Source: an uncultured Gammaproteobacteria bacterium (lineage in GTDB: Bacteria > Patescibacteriota > Microgenomatia > UBA8517). Taken from it: a stretch of 64,000 bases of DNA. Below are positions 1-10,077 of the stretch, piece after piece. The notes beneath the pieces were generated by a model, which was not told where the DNA came from, did no database searches, and was given only the letters and a program-made list of their open reading frames with translations. The number at the start of each line of letters is the position of its first letter. Within the stretch, counting starts at the first letter, position 1. The DNA lies in assembly GCA_964600575.1 (NCBI GenBank), contig CAZRJH010000003.1, positions 17,640 to 81,639 of the forward strand, in the 5' to 3' direction. The translations under genes were made by a program, and so were the position numbers.

Positions 1-2
1 TC

Positions 3-143
3 AACGATGCGAACCGTACCGGCTCCTTGCCCACTTTGCGAGTAACACTCGGACGCTCCCCGCGCCGCAAGGAAACCATGCCCCGCCGCCGCATTTTGGG
101 CGACAACCAACGCCGCGTCATTGGCGACCCCGGGGACGAGTAA
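3..143 (+). CDS. 3' end of an unknown GC-rich CDS entering from outside the window (...ILGDNQRRVIGDPGDE*)
   Basis: Frame 3 is open from the window edge to TAA at 141-143; a long hairpin follows. Confidence 0.4.
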   Translation, partial: NDANRTGSLPTLRVTLGRSPRRKETMPRRRILGDNQRRVIGDPGDE

Positions 144-178
144 TCCCTCTTCGTGAGACTCACACTTAACGTGTGACA

Positions 179-231
179 GAGCAGGTGGCCTGCAGAGACT
201 TTTTTTTATAGTCCTGTCAGGCCGCCTGCTC
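179..231 (+). terminator. Long imperfect hairpin (possible terminator/processing stem)
   Basis: GAGCAGGTGGCCTG...CAGGCCGCCTGCTC inverted repeat with inner GACT/AGTC pair and T-rich loop. Confidence 0.5.
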
Positions 232-277
232 AAACACCACATTTTTAGCATTTATCCTTTATTTTTTAAAACTATAT

Positions 278-1696
278 ATGGAAAGAGGAAAAAATTTCGC
301 AGTTGTAAACGGTCTTGCCATAGGCGAAGAAAGCAAAGGCAACACTGTTCAGGCACTAGTTAGAGAACTAAGTGCTCATACCGTTTGGCGCTCGGGCGGT
401 TGGCAAGGCGGCCATCATATTATTCACGACGACGGTCGCGAAATGGCCCTAAGCCATTTTGGAGCAGGAATTTTCGAAGGAGCAGACACATACCTCAAAC
501 ATATGGTTATTAGCCCGGTAGAACTTTTTGAAGAATCAGAGATACTCCGCGAACTGGGTATCGATAAACCCTTAAATCACATATATATAGACGAAACTTG
601 CTTGGTTACAACTCCGTTTCATAGATCGATAAGTAGGTTTAGGGAAATACTTAGGGGAGATAACAAGAAAGGAACAATAGGAACGGGTGTGGGGGAAGCC
701 GTAAGGGATTCGAGTGATCCCGAGCTAGCCATAAGAGCATGTGAGTTGGGTGACAAAATTTTGATATTAAGAAAAGCAGAAAATATAAGATTATCTAAGT
801 TAAAGATTGCTCAGGATTTACTTGAAAATTACAAAGGAACTCCTCCCCCGGAAGTTTACGAAGAGATGAGCTTTTTGAAAGATAGTTCTCTCACAGAACT
901 AGTTGCCGAAAGCTTTGAAATGTTTTCCGGCATTGCCAGAATTGTGGGGAGCGACCATCTTCAGAAACTGCTAAAAAGAGGAGGATCGGTTGTTAACGAA
1001 GTTTCTCATGGCACACTTCACCACCCCAGGCACGGTTTTTTGCCACATATCACTCAAATAGATCCCACTTCGGCCGATGTTCTAAAAACAATTAAGGCGG
1101 CAAATTACGATGGAAATATTATTAGGCTTGGCGTTGTCAGGTCTTACATAACACGCCACGGAGCGGGTCCTTTGGTCAGTTTTGAGCCTTCACTCGCAAA
1201 CATTTTTGATGAAAAACATAACACTGGAGCCGAGGAGTGGCTTGGTCCTTTTAGAGCTGGTTATTTTGATATTGTTGCCCTAAAGTATGCCGTAGAAATA
1301 GGCGGAGGAAAATCGGCCTATAACGGGCTTTATCTAAGTTTTATGGATTTAGTTGAAAAAAGTAGCGAATGGGGGGTTGTTGAAGCATACGAGTATAAGG
1401 GTAAGCCTACCAATCTCAGCGAATTTTTCGATATATCAAACGGGCAAATTAGAGGCATAAAATTTGAACATGATAACGGCGAAACACATACCAAGCGACA
1501 AATGGAGCTCACAAAACTTCTAAACGAATGTAGGCCAATACTAACCAAGCTCAAAGCAGGCGGCGGTCAAAGTTTAGACAAGGTTTTTTTGAACTATGTA
1601 ACACAAAAGCTGGGCATACCAGTTGTGGGTATAGCTCGCGGCCCTAAAGTTACTCAAAAAGAATTTTTCCCTGCCTGGAAAAATGTAGTTAAGTAA
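278..1696 (+). CDS. Divergent adenylosuccinate synthetase (PurA-superfamily) protein
   Basis: GLAIGEESKG (cf. GDEGKG), GGWQGGHH (cf. GGxNAGHT), GTIGTGVGEA (cf. GTTxxGIGP), TRHGAGP (cf. TRVGxGP); several catalytic positions altered. Confidence 0.8.
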   Translation: MERGKNFAVVNGLAIGEESKGNTVQALVRELSAHTVWRSGGWQGGHHIIHDDGREMALSHFGAGIFEGADTYLKHMVISPVELFEESEILRELGIDKPLNHIYIDETCLVTTPFHRSISRFREILRGDNKKGTIGTGVGEAVRDSSDPELAIRACELGDKILILRKAENIRLSKLKIAQDLLENYKGTPPPEVYEEMSFLKDSSLTELVAESFEMFSGIARIVGSDHLQKLLKRGGSVVNEVSHGTLHHPRHGFLPHITQIDPTSADVLKTIKAANYDGNIIRLGVVRSYITRHGAGPLVSFEPSLANIFDEKHNTGAEEWLGPFRAGYFDIVALKYAVEIGGGKSAYNGLYLSFMDLVEKSSEWGVVEAYEYKGKPTNLSEFFDISNGQIRGIKFEHDNGETHTKRQMELTKLLNECRPILTKLKAGGGQSLDKVFLNYVTQKLGIPVVGIARGPKVTQKEFFPAWKNVVK

Positions 1697-3491
1697 TTTC
1701 TTCCGATAGATCGGGCAAAAACACTTTATTCAAGAACAAGACGGAAGCCAAATGTCTATAGCCGTTATCCCAAAAAGCACTTCTGTAATCAATGATTTTA
1801 CCTAAAGGAGGCTCGGTGTTTTTGTCTTCCGGATAAAGTCTTCTGTAGCCTTTATGCATAAGTCTATATTGCAAGGTGTCTATCTCCAGCTGTCTCAAAA
1901 GACTTCTTCTGATATTTTCTTTGCGGCCGCCAAACTTAGAAAGATCCAGATATAAATTAAAGACATCGGTTCTAACTTTGTTTATTTCTTCGTTTTCTCC
2001 CACCCATATCCCACCAAAGATAAAGTGTATCTGCGGTAGTCCGACAACCTCGATAGCTGCGTTATCGGGAATTTCTTTCAGCCCGTATTTACCACTCTCA
2101 TCCGAAGTCCAGTATTCCAGGACCTTGTCTACTTTTCCAAGTTCGGGTAAACGTTCTTTTATTCTTGCCAGCATTTTTTCTCTTTGTGTAAAATCAGCGT
2201 TAGGTCTAAAAAATATAGCCATATCAAAGTCTCCCTTTTGGTTTGCGTAGCCTTTTATCTTGGATCCAAAAACCAAAACAAACGGGAAAATTATATTTTT
2301 TAACTCGTTGTCGGCATTAATTTTTTCGGCAATTTGTACCAAAAACGCACCTTCGTCTTCAACAAAACCTTGAATATTAACTGGCTCGGGTTGTCTAACA
2401 TCGACAGCGTTTCCCCTGAAATAGCCAAGCCGTATAAAGTGGAACATGGCTCTTTCCGCTTCCGCCTTTTCAGTGAACGAACCTGATTTTGTCAGTTTTG
2501 TTAACACGCCACGGGCTTTATCTGCTAGTGTTTTGGCTTGTTTACCGTCGCTTTTAGCTAATGTTTCAACCGATTTGATAACTGCTCTAGTTCCTGGTGT
2601 GCCAAAGCTAAAAATTTCCTTTAAGGGGGCTTTTTTGTTAATCAAAAAAACAGACAACAGACTCGAAACTTCCTCATAAACCGCGTCCAGCTCCATGTCT
2701 TTTTTCCAGTCGGCTCTTTTCCTGGAAATCCGCTTGCTTTCGGCCAATCCGGGTTTGTATTTATTTTCAACATAACTTATTTGGGAATGCAGATAATCTT
2801 TAATTTCATCTATGGTTGACATCTCTTTTGCTTGTGATGGCTTTTCCCCTAGAAGCTTGCCTAAGCCGGCGTTTTGAGCAACTTTGGATATCTTTTGCCA
2901 GGAAACGTTGTCAAAAAGACCCAGTGCATTTGCAACCAACGAGCCTTCGGTCATTGATTCGATAAGCTCTTTGTCACCGGAGTTAAATTCCATTATTTGA
3001 ACAATATCCGTTTGAGAGATGATGCCTCGATCAAGCAGGGGAAAAATCAAGTGCGCGGCTTTTCTTGTTCTCGGGGGATTACCCATGCCGGGCTCTAGTA
3101 CATCGCCGTCATCAAAATCGCCGCGGGCATTGCTGTCAAAAAGCAGCCTAATAAAACCCTCTCTTATTGCCTCCGTTGTTTTTTGAGATGTCGGGGAAGG
3201 GATTTCTTTAATATCGGGTAAAACTTCAAATGGCAGGTACAAGATGATTCTGGCATTATTCTCATCGCGAGAAAGAAAACTTCCCAGCCTTTCATAAAAA
3301 ATATCTTTATTTTTACCTTTGACAGCCTCGTCCAGGAGCTCGGACAGTTCTCGCCTTTGAGATGCCTCATGCCATATTCTGCTGGGGAGTGGGGAAGAAT
3401 CATTCCCGGCCGAGGCGAGATCTTTCGCGAGGCTTCCCAAAACTGCTAAGCCTTTGCCGACACCTGCTTCTTTATTTTTCTTTCTTTCCAT
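1689..3491 (-). CDS. Large protein with C-terminal Pol-beta-type nucleotidyltransferase domain
   Basis: VFGSKIKGYANQKGDFDMAIFF matches hGS-x9-13-DhD; start moved to ATG 3491 because TTGACT-17nt-TATAAT lies 7 nt upstream. Confidence 0.6.
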   Translation of the reverse strand: MERKKNKEAGVGKGLAVLGSLAKDLASAGNDSSPLPSRIWHEASQRRELSELLDEAVKGKNKDIFYERLGSFLSRDENNARIILYLPFEVLPDIKEIPSPTSQKTTEAIREGFIRLLFDSNARGDFDDGDVLEPGMGNPPRTRKAAHLIFPLLDRGIISQTDIVQIMEFNSGDKELIESMTEGSLVANALGLFDNVSWQKISKVAQNAGLGKLLGEKPSQAKEMSTIDEIKDYLHSQISYVENKYKPGLAESKRISRKRADWKKDMELDAVYEEVSSLLSVFLINKKAPLKEIFSFGTPGTRAVIKSVETLAKSDGKQAKTLADKARGVLTKLTKSGSFTEKAEAERAMFHFIRLGYFRGNAVDVRQPEPVNIQGFVEDEGAFLVQIAEKINADNELKNIIFPFVLVFGSKIKGYANQKGDFDMAIFFRPNADFTQREKMLARIKERLPELGKVDKVLEYWTSDESGKYGLKEIPDNAAIEVVGLPQIHFIFGGIWVGENEEINKVRTDVFNLYLDLSKFGGRKENIRRSLLRQLEIDTLQYRLMHKGYRRLYPEDKNTEPPLGKIIDYRSAFWDNGYRHLASVLFLNKVFLPDLSEEIT

Positions 3492-3561
3492 GGGCACGAT
3501 TATAGTCTTTTCGAGCTCAAAAGTCAATACTACAGGATATTACATTAATATTTTTGACCAC

Positions 3562-3596
3562 AAAAAAAGCGGGCACCTTTTTAATGGGTACCCGCT
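3562..3596 (-). terminator. Rho-independent terminator of the 3625-4065 gene
   Basis: AGCGGGCACC/GGTACCCGCT stem with an A7 run on the + strand (U-tract on minus). Confidence 0.65.
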
Positions 3597-3624
3597 AGGC
3601 CAGAAATATAAAACCTAAATGTTG

Positions 3625-4065
3625 TTAGGAAAACGAAAGTTTCATCTTTCTCACGACCTTAATCTTGCTGGAAGGAATGTCGTTTCCAATGAAACCGTCT
3701 TCATAAAACATGATGAGCTCGCCGCCGCCGTCGTATTTGCCGTTTTTTAGACGCCTGGCTTCCACATGCCAAGACTCACCTGCGGGGTAAGCCTGTTCAA
3801 CGACAAATTCTGCATTCTCTCGTGACGGATCAGTCCCGCTTATAACTTTTTCGTAAAAGTCCAATTTGGGAAAGTTTCCGTGCTCGCGATAATAAGCGAG
3901 TTTTTCCTCGTCCGTGTAATGAATAAGGAATGTGGTTCCCGATTCTCTGCCTACATGAACTATTTTATTTTCCACGTCTTCGATTCTGTGGTGCCTGCCG
4001 TGAACAAACCATTCCGACATGAGCACAAAACCTTGGCGCAGAGTGGCTTTCGAGGGCTGTCTCAT
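3625..4065 (-). CDS. Hypothetical protein
   Basis: ORF with GAGG SD before ATG 4065, upstream TTGACT-17-TAATAT promoter and downstream terminator. Confidence 0.6.
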   Translation of the reverse strand: MRQPSKATLRQGFVLMSEWFVHGRHHRIEDVENKIVHVGRESGTTFLIHYTDEEKLAYYREHGNFPKLDFYEKVISGTDPSRENAEFVVEQAYPAGESWHVEARRLKNGKYDGGGELIMFYEDGFIGNDIPSSKIKVVRKMKLSFS

Positions 4066-4147
4066 ATAACCTCTTTTTAATTTAGGGTGCACAATTATAT
4101 TAAACCCAAAAGTAGAATTAGTCAAGATTATAGGTTATAATATCGAT

Positions 4148-4975
4148 ATGACCGAAAAATTTTACGAGCAGGACAAAGACTATGCCCACGCCTGTGCAAA
4201 CTTGCTTCACGACCTTCACAGGGAAGGGGTTTTAAGTGTCAACGATTTACAAAAGTTCGGTAACGACCAAATAGAGGAGTTGGTCTTAAGAATTCACAAA
4301 AACGGATTCCCCGCGAGGACCTCCAAAATGAAACTCGGCAATCACGATGAAAAAATTCAAACTATTTTTGCCTCCGATATTGTACCGGCATCGGAAACAC
4401 CCGATAAAAAAGAAATAACTGCTTTTGTATCCGACTTTTTGCAGTATATACGCTCAATAGGCTACGACGAGGTTACGGGCGCTTTGGTCTATGGCAGTCT
4501 TTTGGACAAACGGAAAAAGCCCAGATCCACAAGCGATTTAGATATAACACTCTTGGTGAGTAGCTCCTCGGGAGCCGTGCATTTGGAAAATGCATGGCTC
4601 AGAAACCCCAACTCGGAAGTGGGTTCAGGTGATATACCTACCGAGTCAAGATACTATGACCTAACTGAAGATGCATACAAATTTGCAAAATTAAAACACC
4701 CTAAATTTGCAGACAGAGAGTTTTCTATAAATAACGTATTAAACAAAGAACTTTTCAATTATCGCATGGACCCTTTTGATAAAAAAGAAGCTCCCTGGTG
4801 GCTATATTCAACGGGAATATTTGCCGTGGGCGGTTTTCCTGGAGTTTCGGAGGCAGCACTTAATAATACTCTGCAAAAAGCACTAAAGTCTAAGTGGTTG
4901 GCAGAACTTAAACAAAGGACCATTAACGATATCAAAAAAGATCTGGATCATAATTTTGGAAAAATGGGGAAATAA
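4148..4975 (+). CDS. Nucleotidyltransferase-domain protein (Pol-beta superfamily)
   Basis: LVYGSLLDKRKKPRSTSDLDITLLV = hGS...DhD motif; TATAAT 6 nt before ATG. Confidence 0.65.
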   Translation: MTEKFYEQDKDYAHACANLLHDLHREGVLSVNDLQKFGNDQIEELVLRIHKNGFPARTSKMKLGNHDEKIQTIFASDIVPASETPDKKEITAFVSDFLQYIRSIGYDEVTGALVYGSLLDKRKKPRSTSDLDITLLVSSSSGAVHLENAWLRNPNSEVGSGDIPTESRYYDLTEDAYKFAKLKHPKFADREFSINNVLNKELFNYRMDPFDKKEAPWWLYSTGIFAVGGFPGVSEAALNNTLQKALKSKWLAELKQRTINDIKKDLDHNFGKMGK

Positions 4976-4996
4976 ACTGTTTAGGCAGGGTCATGA

Positions 4997-5776
4997 TTAA
5001 TTTTTTGGCCAATAGGTTTTGGCCGGGTTTTTGAGGTTTGCGTCGCTGTGTTCAGTTGTGTGAATAACAACAGGAATCAGAGTTGGACTCACCCCCGCGT
5101 AAGTATCTGTGTCCAGATAAGAATTGCAGGACATAAAATAAACTCCACCATAGCGCGCAATGTTTCCTGTTTTTACATTTGAAACTTGAGAAATTAAAGT
5201 ATTTGCTAAAATTTCTTCGTCGTTTGCACCATTTATAGCTAGATTAAATACTCCGTCTTCACTAAAAACTCTTCCGTGAGCATTGAAAACGGCTATTCTT
5301 TTGCCGTCTTTTGCTAAGTTATGAAGCACAGCAAGCGCCTCGAGTGAGTCTTTGCAGTTTGTTTCTATTGCCGTTCTCCTTATCCTTGCAAGAGATTTTG
5401 TTAAGCAAAAAGGAGCGTTGATTGTAAGGATTTGTCTGTTAATGGTTTTTTTAGAATAAATATCGTTCAGAGTAGTTGCTTTTTCATCCGCTTTCTTTAT
5501 ATCTTCGGTTAAGTCGTCAACTGTTGTAAAAAGGTCATATTTGTAGGCAGTGCCAAAAAAATAAGAAACAACATCAGGAATGTAGACAAAATTTCTGTGC
5601 AATGGTGTTTTGTTGGTCTCGGAAGGTAATTGTATAAACAAGTTTTTACTCATTTCTTGCTTTTTAGCCATCGAAAAGTCGGCCTCGGCTGAATAACTTT
5701 TGTTCTGCCACGGGCCTGCGCCTAGGCACGAACTAAGTGCAAATCTTTGTTGAGAATAAATTGTAGCTTCAAACAT
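4997..5776 (-). CDS. Hypothetical protein, possible caspase/CHAT-like (clan CD) His-Cys dyad
   Basis: 259-aa ORF with own promoter; IAVFNAHG and VYFMSCN motifs. Confidence 0.45.
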   Translation of the reverse strand: MFEATIYSQQRFALSSCLGAGPWQNKSYSAEADFSMAKKQEMSKNLFIQLPSETNKTPLHRNFVYIPDVVSYFFGTAYKYDLFTTVDDLTEDIKKADEKATTLNDIYSKKTINRQILTINAPFCLTKSLARIRRTAIETNCKDSLEALAVLHNLAKDGKRIAVFNAHGRVFSEDGVFNLAINGANDEEILANTLISQVSNVKTGNIARYGGVYFMSCNSYLDTDTYAGVSPTLIPVVIHTTEHSDANLKNPAKTYWPKN

Positions 5777-5939
5777 CCTATAATTATATACTTTCTGAAC
5801 TCAAAGTCAATATTATAGGGTTAAATTTATAATCTGATAATCTTGGTCAACAAACTCAATTAGGTTTGAACGAATACAAGACAATTTAAATTGAAATATT
5901 TTTTAGCATACTCAAAACTTATCTGCTAAAATAATCGTT

Positions 5940-8630
5940 GTGTTGAATATATTTTCTAAACTTTTGGATCTAAATCAGAGAGAAGTCGACCGCATCAAAA
6001 AAATAGTAGAAAAAGTTAACGCTTTAGAACCCAAGACAAAAAAACTAAAAGATTCCGATTTTTCCAAAAAAACTCAAGAATTTAAAAAGAGATTGGAAAA
6101 AGGTGAAACTTTGGAGTCGATACTACCCGAAGCCTATGCACTTGTAAGGGAAGCGTCCTACAGAATTTTAGGCAAGAGGCATTACGATGTACAGCTTGTT
6201 GCCGCGGTTGCCTTGTTCGAAGGCCGTGTTGCCGAACAAAAAACAGGAGAAGGTAAAACTTTGTCTGCTGTTCCTGCACTTTATTTACGCGCTTTAACTG
6301 GGCAAGGAGTTCATTTGGTTACCGTTAACGATTATTTGGCCCGTCGTGACGCGGGTTGGAATGCTCCGATTTTTCATCTTTTAGGTCTAACCACGGGTGC
6401 AATAATCCAGGAAACAAAATCTTTTGTCTACGACCCAAAGTTTTCCGACTCCAGCCACGGTGACGAACGCTTGGCACATCTCAAACCGACAGAAAGAAAA
6501 GAAGCATATAAATCCGACATTTTATACGGTACCAATAACGAATTCGGATTTGATTATTTGCGCGACAACATGGTTAACGCCTTATCCGAGATGGTTCAGC
6601 GCGGACATTATTTTGCAATAGTAGACGAGGTGGACTCCGTACTTATCGACGAGGCAAGAACCCCTCTAATTATTTCTGCCCCCGATACCGAGCCCACAAA
6701 AAAATATTACGAGTTTGCATCTTTAGTCGAAAAACTTAATCCAGATACAGATTTTAAAATCGACGAAAAAGCAAAAAGCGCAACTTTAACCGAAACGGGA
6801 ATAACAAGAGTAGAAAAACTTTTAGGAATAGACAATCTTTACGAAAAAGACTTCGACAGTATTCATCATATAGAAAACGCATTACGCGCAAAAACTCTTT
6901 ATTTAAGAGATCGTGACTATGTAGTTAAAGATAATCAAATAACTATAGTAGACGAATTTACGGGGCGTCTTATGGTGGGCAGACGCTGGAGCGACGGACT
7001 CCACCAAGCCGTGGAAGCAAAAGAAAATGTAACTATTCAGCAAGAAAGTAGGACGCTGGCAACTATTTCTTTCCAGAATTATTTTAGGATGTACGAACAT
7101 TTGTCGGGTATGACGGGTACTGCCTCAACCGAGTCGGAAGAATTTAGAAAGATTTATAAGCTGGAAGTTATCGTTATACCCACCCACAGACAAATGGTAA
7201 GAATTGACAAAAGCGACATGATCTTTAAAACCTTGCGCGGAAAATACGGAGCGATTGTAGAAGAAGTAGCAGAAAGAAGCGAAGCTGGGCAACCGGTTCT
7301 TATTGGTACCACCTCCATCGAGAAAAACGAAATTATTTCCGAATTTCTCAAACGCAAGAAAGTTCCACACAATGTTTTAAACGCCAAAAATCACGAAAAA
7401 GAGGCCGAGATTATTGCCGAAGCCGGTAAACCGGGGGCTGTAACAGTTGCTACCAATATGGCAGGCCGCGGTGTTGATATCGTTTTGGGCGGTGCTATGC
7501 CCGACAGAAAAAACGGGGAAACAAACGAAAAATACGAATCCAGTCGTGAATATAAAGATTGGCAAAAAATTCATAATCAGGTACTCGATGCAGGCGGGCT
7601 TTATGTAATCGGAACCGAACGCCACGAAGCACGTCGCGTTGATAACCAGTTAAGAGGTCGTTCTGGTAGGCAGGGCGACAGCGGAACTTCCAGATTTTAT
7701 CTTTCTTTGGAAGACGATCTTATGAGAATTTTCGGCGGCGAGCAAATATCGGGAATTATGGACAGACTTAATTTGCCCGAGGACCAACCGATAGAAAATT
7801 CCTTAATAAGTAGGGCAATCGAACAAGCCCAGGTTAAAGTAGAAGGTTTCCACTTTGACATCAGAAAACGACTAGTTGAGTTTGACGATGTGGCCAATCA
7901 ACAAAGAGATATTGTTTATAAACTACGAAGAAGAATCCTTGAATCAACCGATGTTAAAGAAGAGGTTTTAGAAAAACTCCATCATCAGCTGGAAAAAACA
8001 CTTTTGTTGGCAACTGGGGTAGAAGACGAAAAAGTAGATGACGATCAACTGGCGGTAGGTCTTGCCGAAATGGTACCTTTTGACGACGACTCCCTTAAGC
8101 GTATTAAAGGCGAGATCCAAAAACAGGAAAATAAACTGGAGTTTTTGAAGAGTGTTCTCAAAGATATTTACACAGCCCGCGAAAAAGATTTGGGAGAAAA
8201 GGTTATGCGGGAGGTAGAAAAGTATGCATATTTAGGGGCAATAGATCATCTTTGGATGGATCATATAGACCACATAGACGATCTTCGGGAAGGTGTAACT
8301 CTTAGGGCATACGGCCAAAGGGACCCCTTGGTAGAGTTTAAAAACGAAGCATATAGGCTTTTCGAAACCTTAATAGATAAAATAGACGAAGAGCTTTCTC
8401 ATAGGATATTTAGAATAGGCGTTGCTATGCCCCAAAGCGAAATCCCCTTAAATCTTGCAAGGGAAAACTTGGACAAAACCGACCTAACGGGGCTTTCGGG
8501 TGGTGCCGACGAAACCGCAAAATCAGGAGCCAAAGCCTTTGATAAATCCAAACTTTCCAGAAACGACCCCTGTTGGTGCGGCAGCGGCAAAAAGTGGAAG
8601 AAGTGCCACTACCCCAAGCTTCCCGCTTAA
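5940..8630 (+). CDS. secA: Preprotein translocase ATPase SecA
   Basis: KTGEGKT, VTVNDYLARRD, IVDEVDSVLIDEARTPLIIS, ATNMAGRGVDI, QLRGRSGRQGD, C-terminal SEC-C CWCGSGKKWKKCH. Confidence 0.99.
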   Translation: MLNIFSKLLDLNQREVDRIKKIVEKVNALEPKTKKLKDSDFSKKTQEFKKRLEKGETLESILPEAYALVREASYRILGKRHYDVQLVAAVALFEGRVAEQKTGEGKTLSAVPALYLRALTGQGVHLVTVNDYLARRDAGWNAPIFHLLGLTTGAIIQETKSFVYDPKFSDSSHGDERLAHLKPTERKEAYKSDILYGTNNEFGFDYLRDNMVNALSEMVQRGHYFAIVDEVDSVLIDEARTPLIISAPDTEPTKKYYEFASLVEKLNPDTDFKIDEKAKSATLTETGITRVEKLLGIDNLYEKDFDSIHHIENALRAKTLYLRDRDYVVKDNQITIVDEFTGRLMVGRRWSDGLHQAVEAKENVTIQQESRTLATISFQNYFRMYEHLSGMTGTASTESEEFRKIYKLEVIVIPTHRQMVRIDKSDMIFKTLRGKYGAIVEEVAERSEAGQPVLIGTTSIEKNEIISEFLKRKKVPHNVLNAKNHEKEAEIIAEAGKPGAVTVATNMAGRGVDIVLGGAMPDRKNGETNEKYESSREYKDWQKIHNQVLDAGGLYVIGTERHEARRVDNQLRGRSGRQGDSGTSRFYLSLEDDLMRIFGGEQISGIMDRLNLPEDQPIENSLISRAIEQAQVKVEGFHFDIRKRLVEFDDVANQQRDIVYKLRRRILESTDVKEEVLEKLHHQLEKTLLLATGVEDEKVDDDQLAVGLAEMVPFDDDSLKRIKGEIQKQENKLEFLKSVLKDIYTAREKDLGEKVMREVEKYAYLGAIDHLWMDHIDHIDDLREGVTLRAYGQRDPLVEFKNEAYRLFETLIDKIDEELSHRIFRIGVAMPQSEIPLNLARENLDKTDLTGLSGGADETAKSGAKAFDKSKLSRNDPCWCGSGKKWKKCHYPKLPA

Positions 8631-8672
8631 GCAAAAATACCGACAGCACGACCTTTTTGATATAATCTCCAT

Positions 8673-9446
8673 ATGGAATCTACAAACAAAAGAAGTAGCA
8701 GGCAGGAGTTGGCTAGTACAGGCCCAGCCGTGTACCAAGTCTTTAAAGAGCTAATACTTCATCCCAGAAGAAATGATAGCCATGGAAACTTGTACTACAA
8801 ACCGGGGGAAAAGTGGACAAGACCGGGCTGGGTCGACTTCGAAAAAGATGTCTCCAAAGATCATGGGCGTTTGAGTGCGTTCAATAACGAGCAGGAGAAA
8901 TATATAGATCAGTGCCGCATATTCTTGAGAGATTCTATAACAGATAGCGAAACATCACTTGCGAAGAGATTTGCCAAAAAGTGGGAAGCTTCCAACAAAA
9001 CCAAAGCCGAGTTCGAGGACTTACTCTGTGATTCCTTTTTGGATTGTTTTAACGAAGCAGTCGATAAAGAACCACATCTACTACCTGCATTCTATGGCTT
9101 TTTAGTCTCCTCTTTTAACGGTGTCGAAGGTCTCGAACTTGCACTCACAATGAGTATTTATTCGGATAGCATTGCCAATACAAGGTTAAATGAAAATATG
9201 AATAAATTTGTCGATATGCATGAGGATAAAAATGAACTGGGTGCCCCTAAAACATACGAAGTTCAATGTGCCGCACCTCTTCTTGCTATGAAAATAATTG
9301 ATCAAGGCAGGGAATGCTTAAAAAATGCAGGACTCACACAGGGCGATAAATCTATTAAAAATTCTAAGTCTAAATTGGCAGGACTTGCCACTGACCTGAG
9401 AACCGACTTAATGGTAAGAATGATTAAAGCCGGATTCCAAATCTGA
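8673..9446 (+). CDS. Hypothetical protein, paralogue of 16676-17470
   Basis: Shared blocks YYKP, PAFYxFLxSS, FVxMH, YEVQCAAP; TATAAT 6 nt before ATG. Confidence 0.75.
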   Translation: MESTNKRSSRQELASTGPAVYQVFKELILHPRRNDSHGNLYYKPGEKWTRPGWVDFEKDVSKDHGRLSAFNNEQEKYIDQCRIFLRDSITDSETSLAKRFAKKWEASNKTKAEFEDLLCDSFLDCFNEAVDKEPHLLPAFYGFLVSSFNGVEGLELALTMSIYSDSIANTRLNENMNKFVDMHEDKNELGAPKTYEVQCAAPLLAMKIIDQGRECLKNAGLTQGDKSIKNSKSKLAGLATDLRTDLMVRMIKAGFQI

Positions 9447-9486
9447 TTTGTTATTGCTTCACATTCTGTCTAGAATTCAGTAATCG

Positions 9487-10077
9487 ATGATTTTCAAATA
9501 TATTTTTTTCGATTGGCACAAAACATTGTCAAATGATATTTTTTGGCCCGATGACGATTTGATCTCCTTCCAGGTATTTAGAGCAAATTCTGATCTTGCG
9601 GAAAAGTGGATGAGAGGCGCATTGTCATCCGAACAGGTGGCTCTTTTTGTTAGTAATAAAACCGGTATCTCGGAAAAAGTCATCTTGGAAAAACTGGAAA
9701 AGGGCTGTAGGTCAATGAGTTTTTCCATTCCAAAAATGCGGGAGTATATAAAAAAACTAAAAGAGAAAAAAATAAGCTTAGGCATTGCAACCGACAATAT
9801 GGATACTTTTTCCAGGTATACGGTTCCGGCCTTAAACCTTAAAGAAATGTTTGATATATTTTTAATTTCTTCTGATTTGGGCTTTCTCAAAAATGATCTT
9901 GTCAAAGGTCGTCCCGTCTTTTTCGAAAAGTTTCTCAAAGATAATAGTTTAAATTATTCGGATATATTATTAATAGACGACTCACAGAAGGTTGCGAATA
10001 CCTACAAACCTCTTGGAATGAAAATAATAAATGTTACAAAAGACGGAGACCTGGAAACTTTTCTAAAATCGGTATGA
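9487..10077 (+). CDS. HAD-superfamily hydrolase
   Basis: IFFDWHKTL (motif I variant), IATDN, LLIDDS. Confidence 0.75.
   Translation: MIFKYIFFDWHKTLSNDIFWPDDDLISFQVFRANSDLAEKWMRGALSSEQVALFVSNKTGISEKVILEKLEKGCRSMSFSIPKMREYIKKLKEKKISLGIATDNMDTFSRYTVPALNLKEMFDIFLISSDLGFLKNDLVKGRPVFFEKFLKDNSLNYSDILLIDDSQKVANTYKPLGMKIINVTKDGDLETFLKSV

Noticed and set aside
278-1696. PurZ (Z-genome) assignment
   Set aside because: Has Glu, not Ser, at the catalytic Asp position; no datZ/mazZ or polymerase recognised nearby
1689-4975. CBASS or MNT-HEPN toxin-antitoxin system
   Set aside because: No operonic effector, Cap2/3 or HEPN partner; genes are on opposite strands with separate promoters
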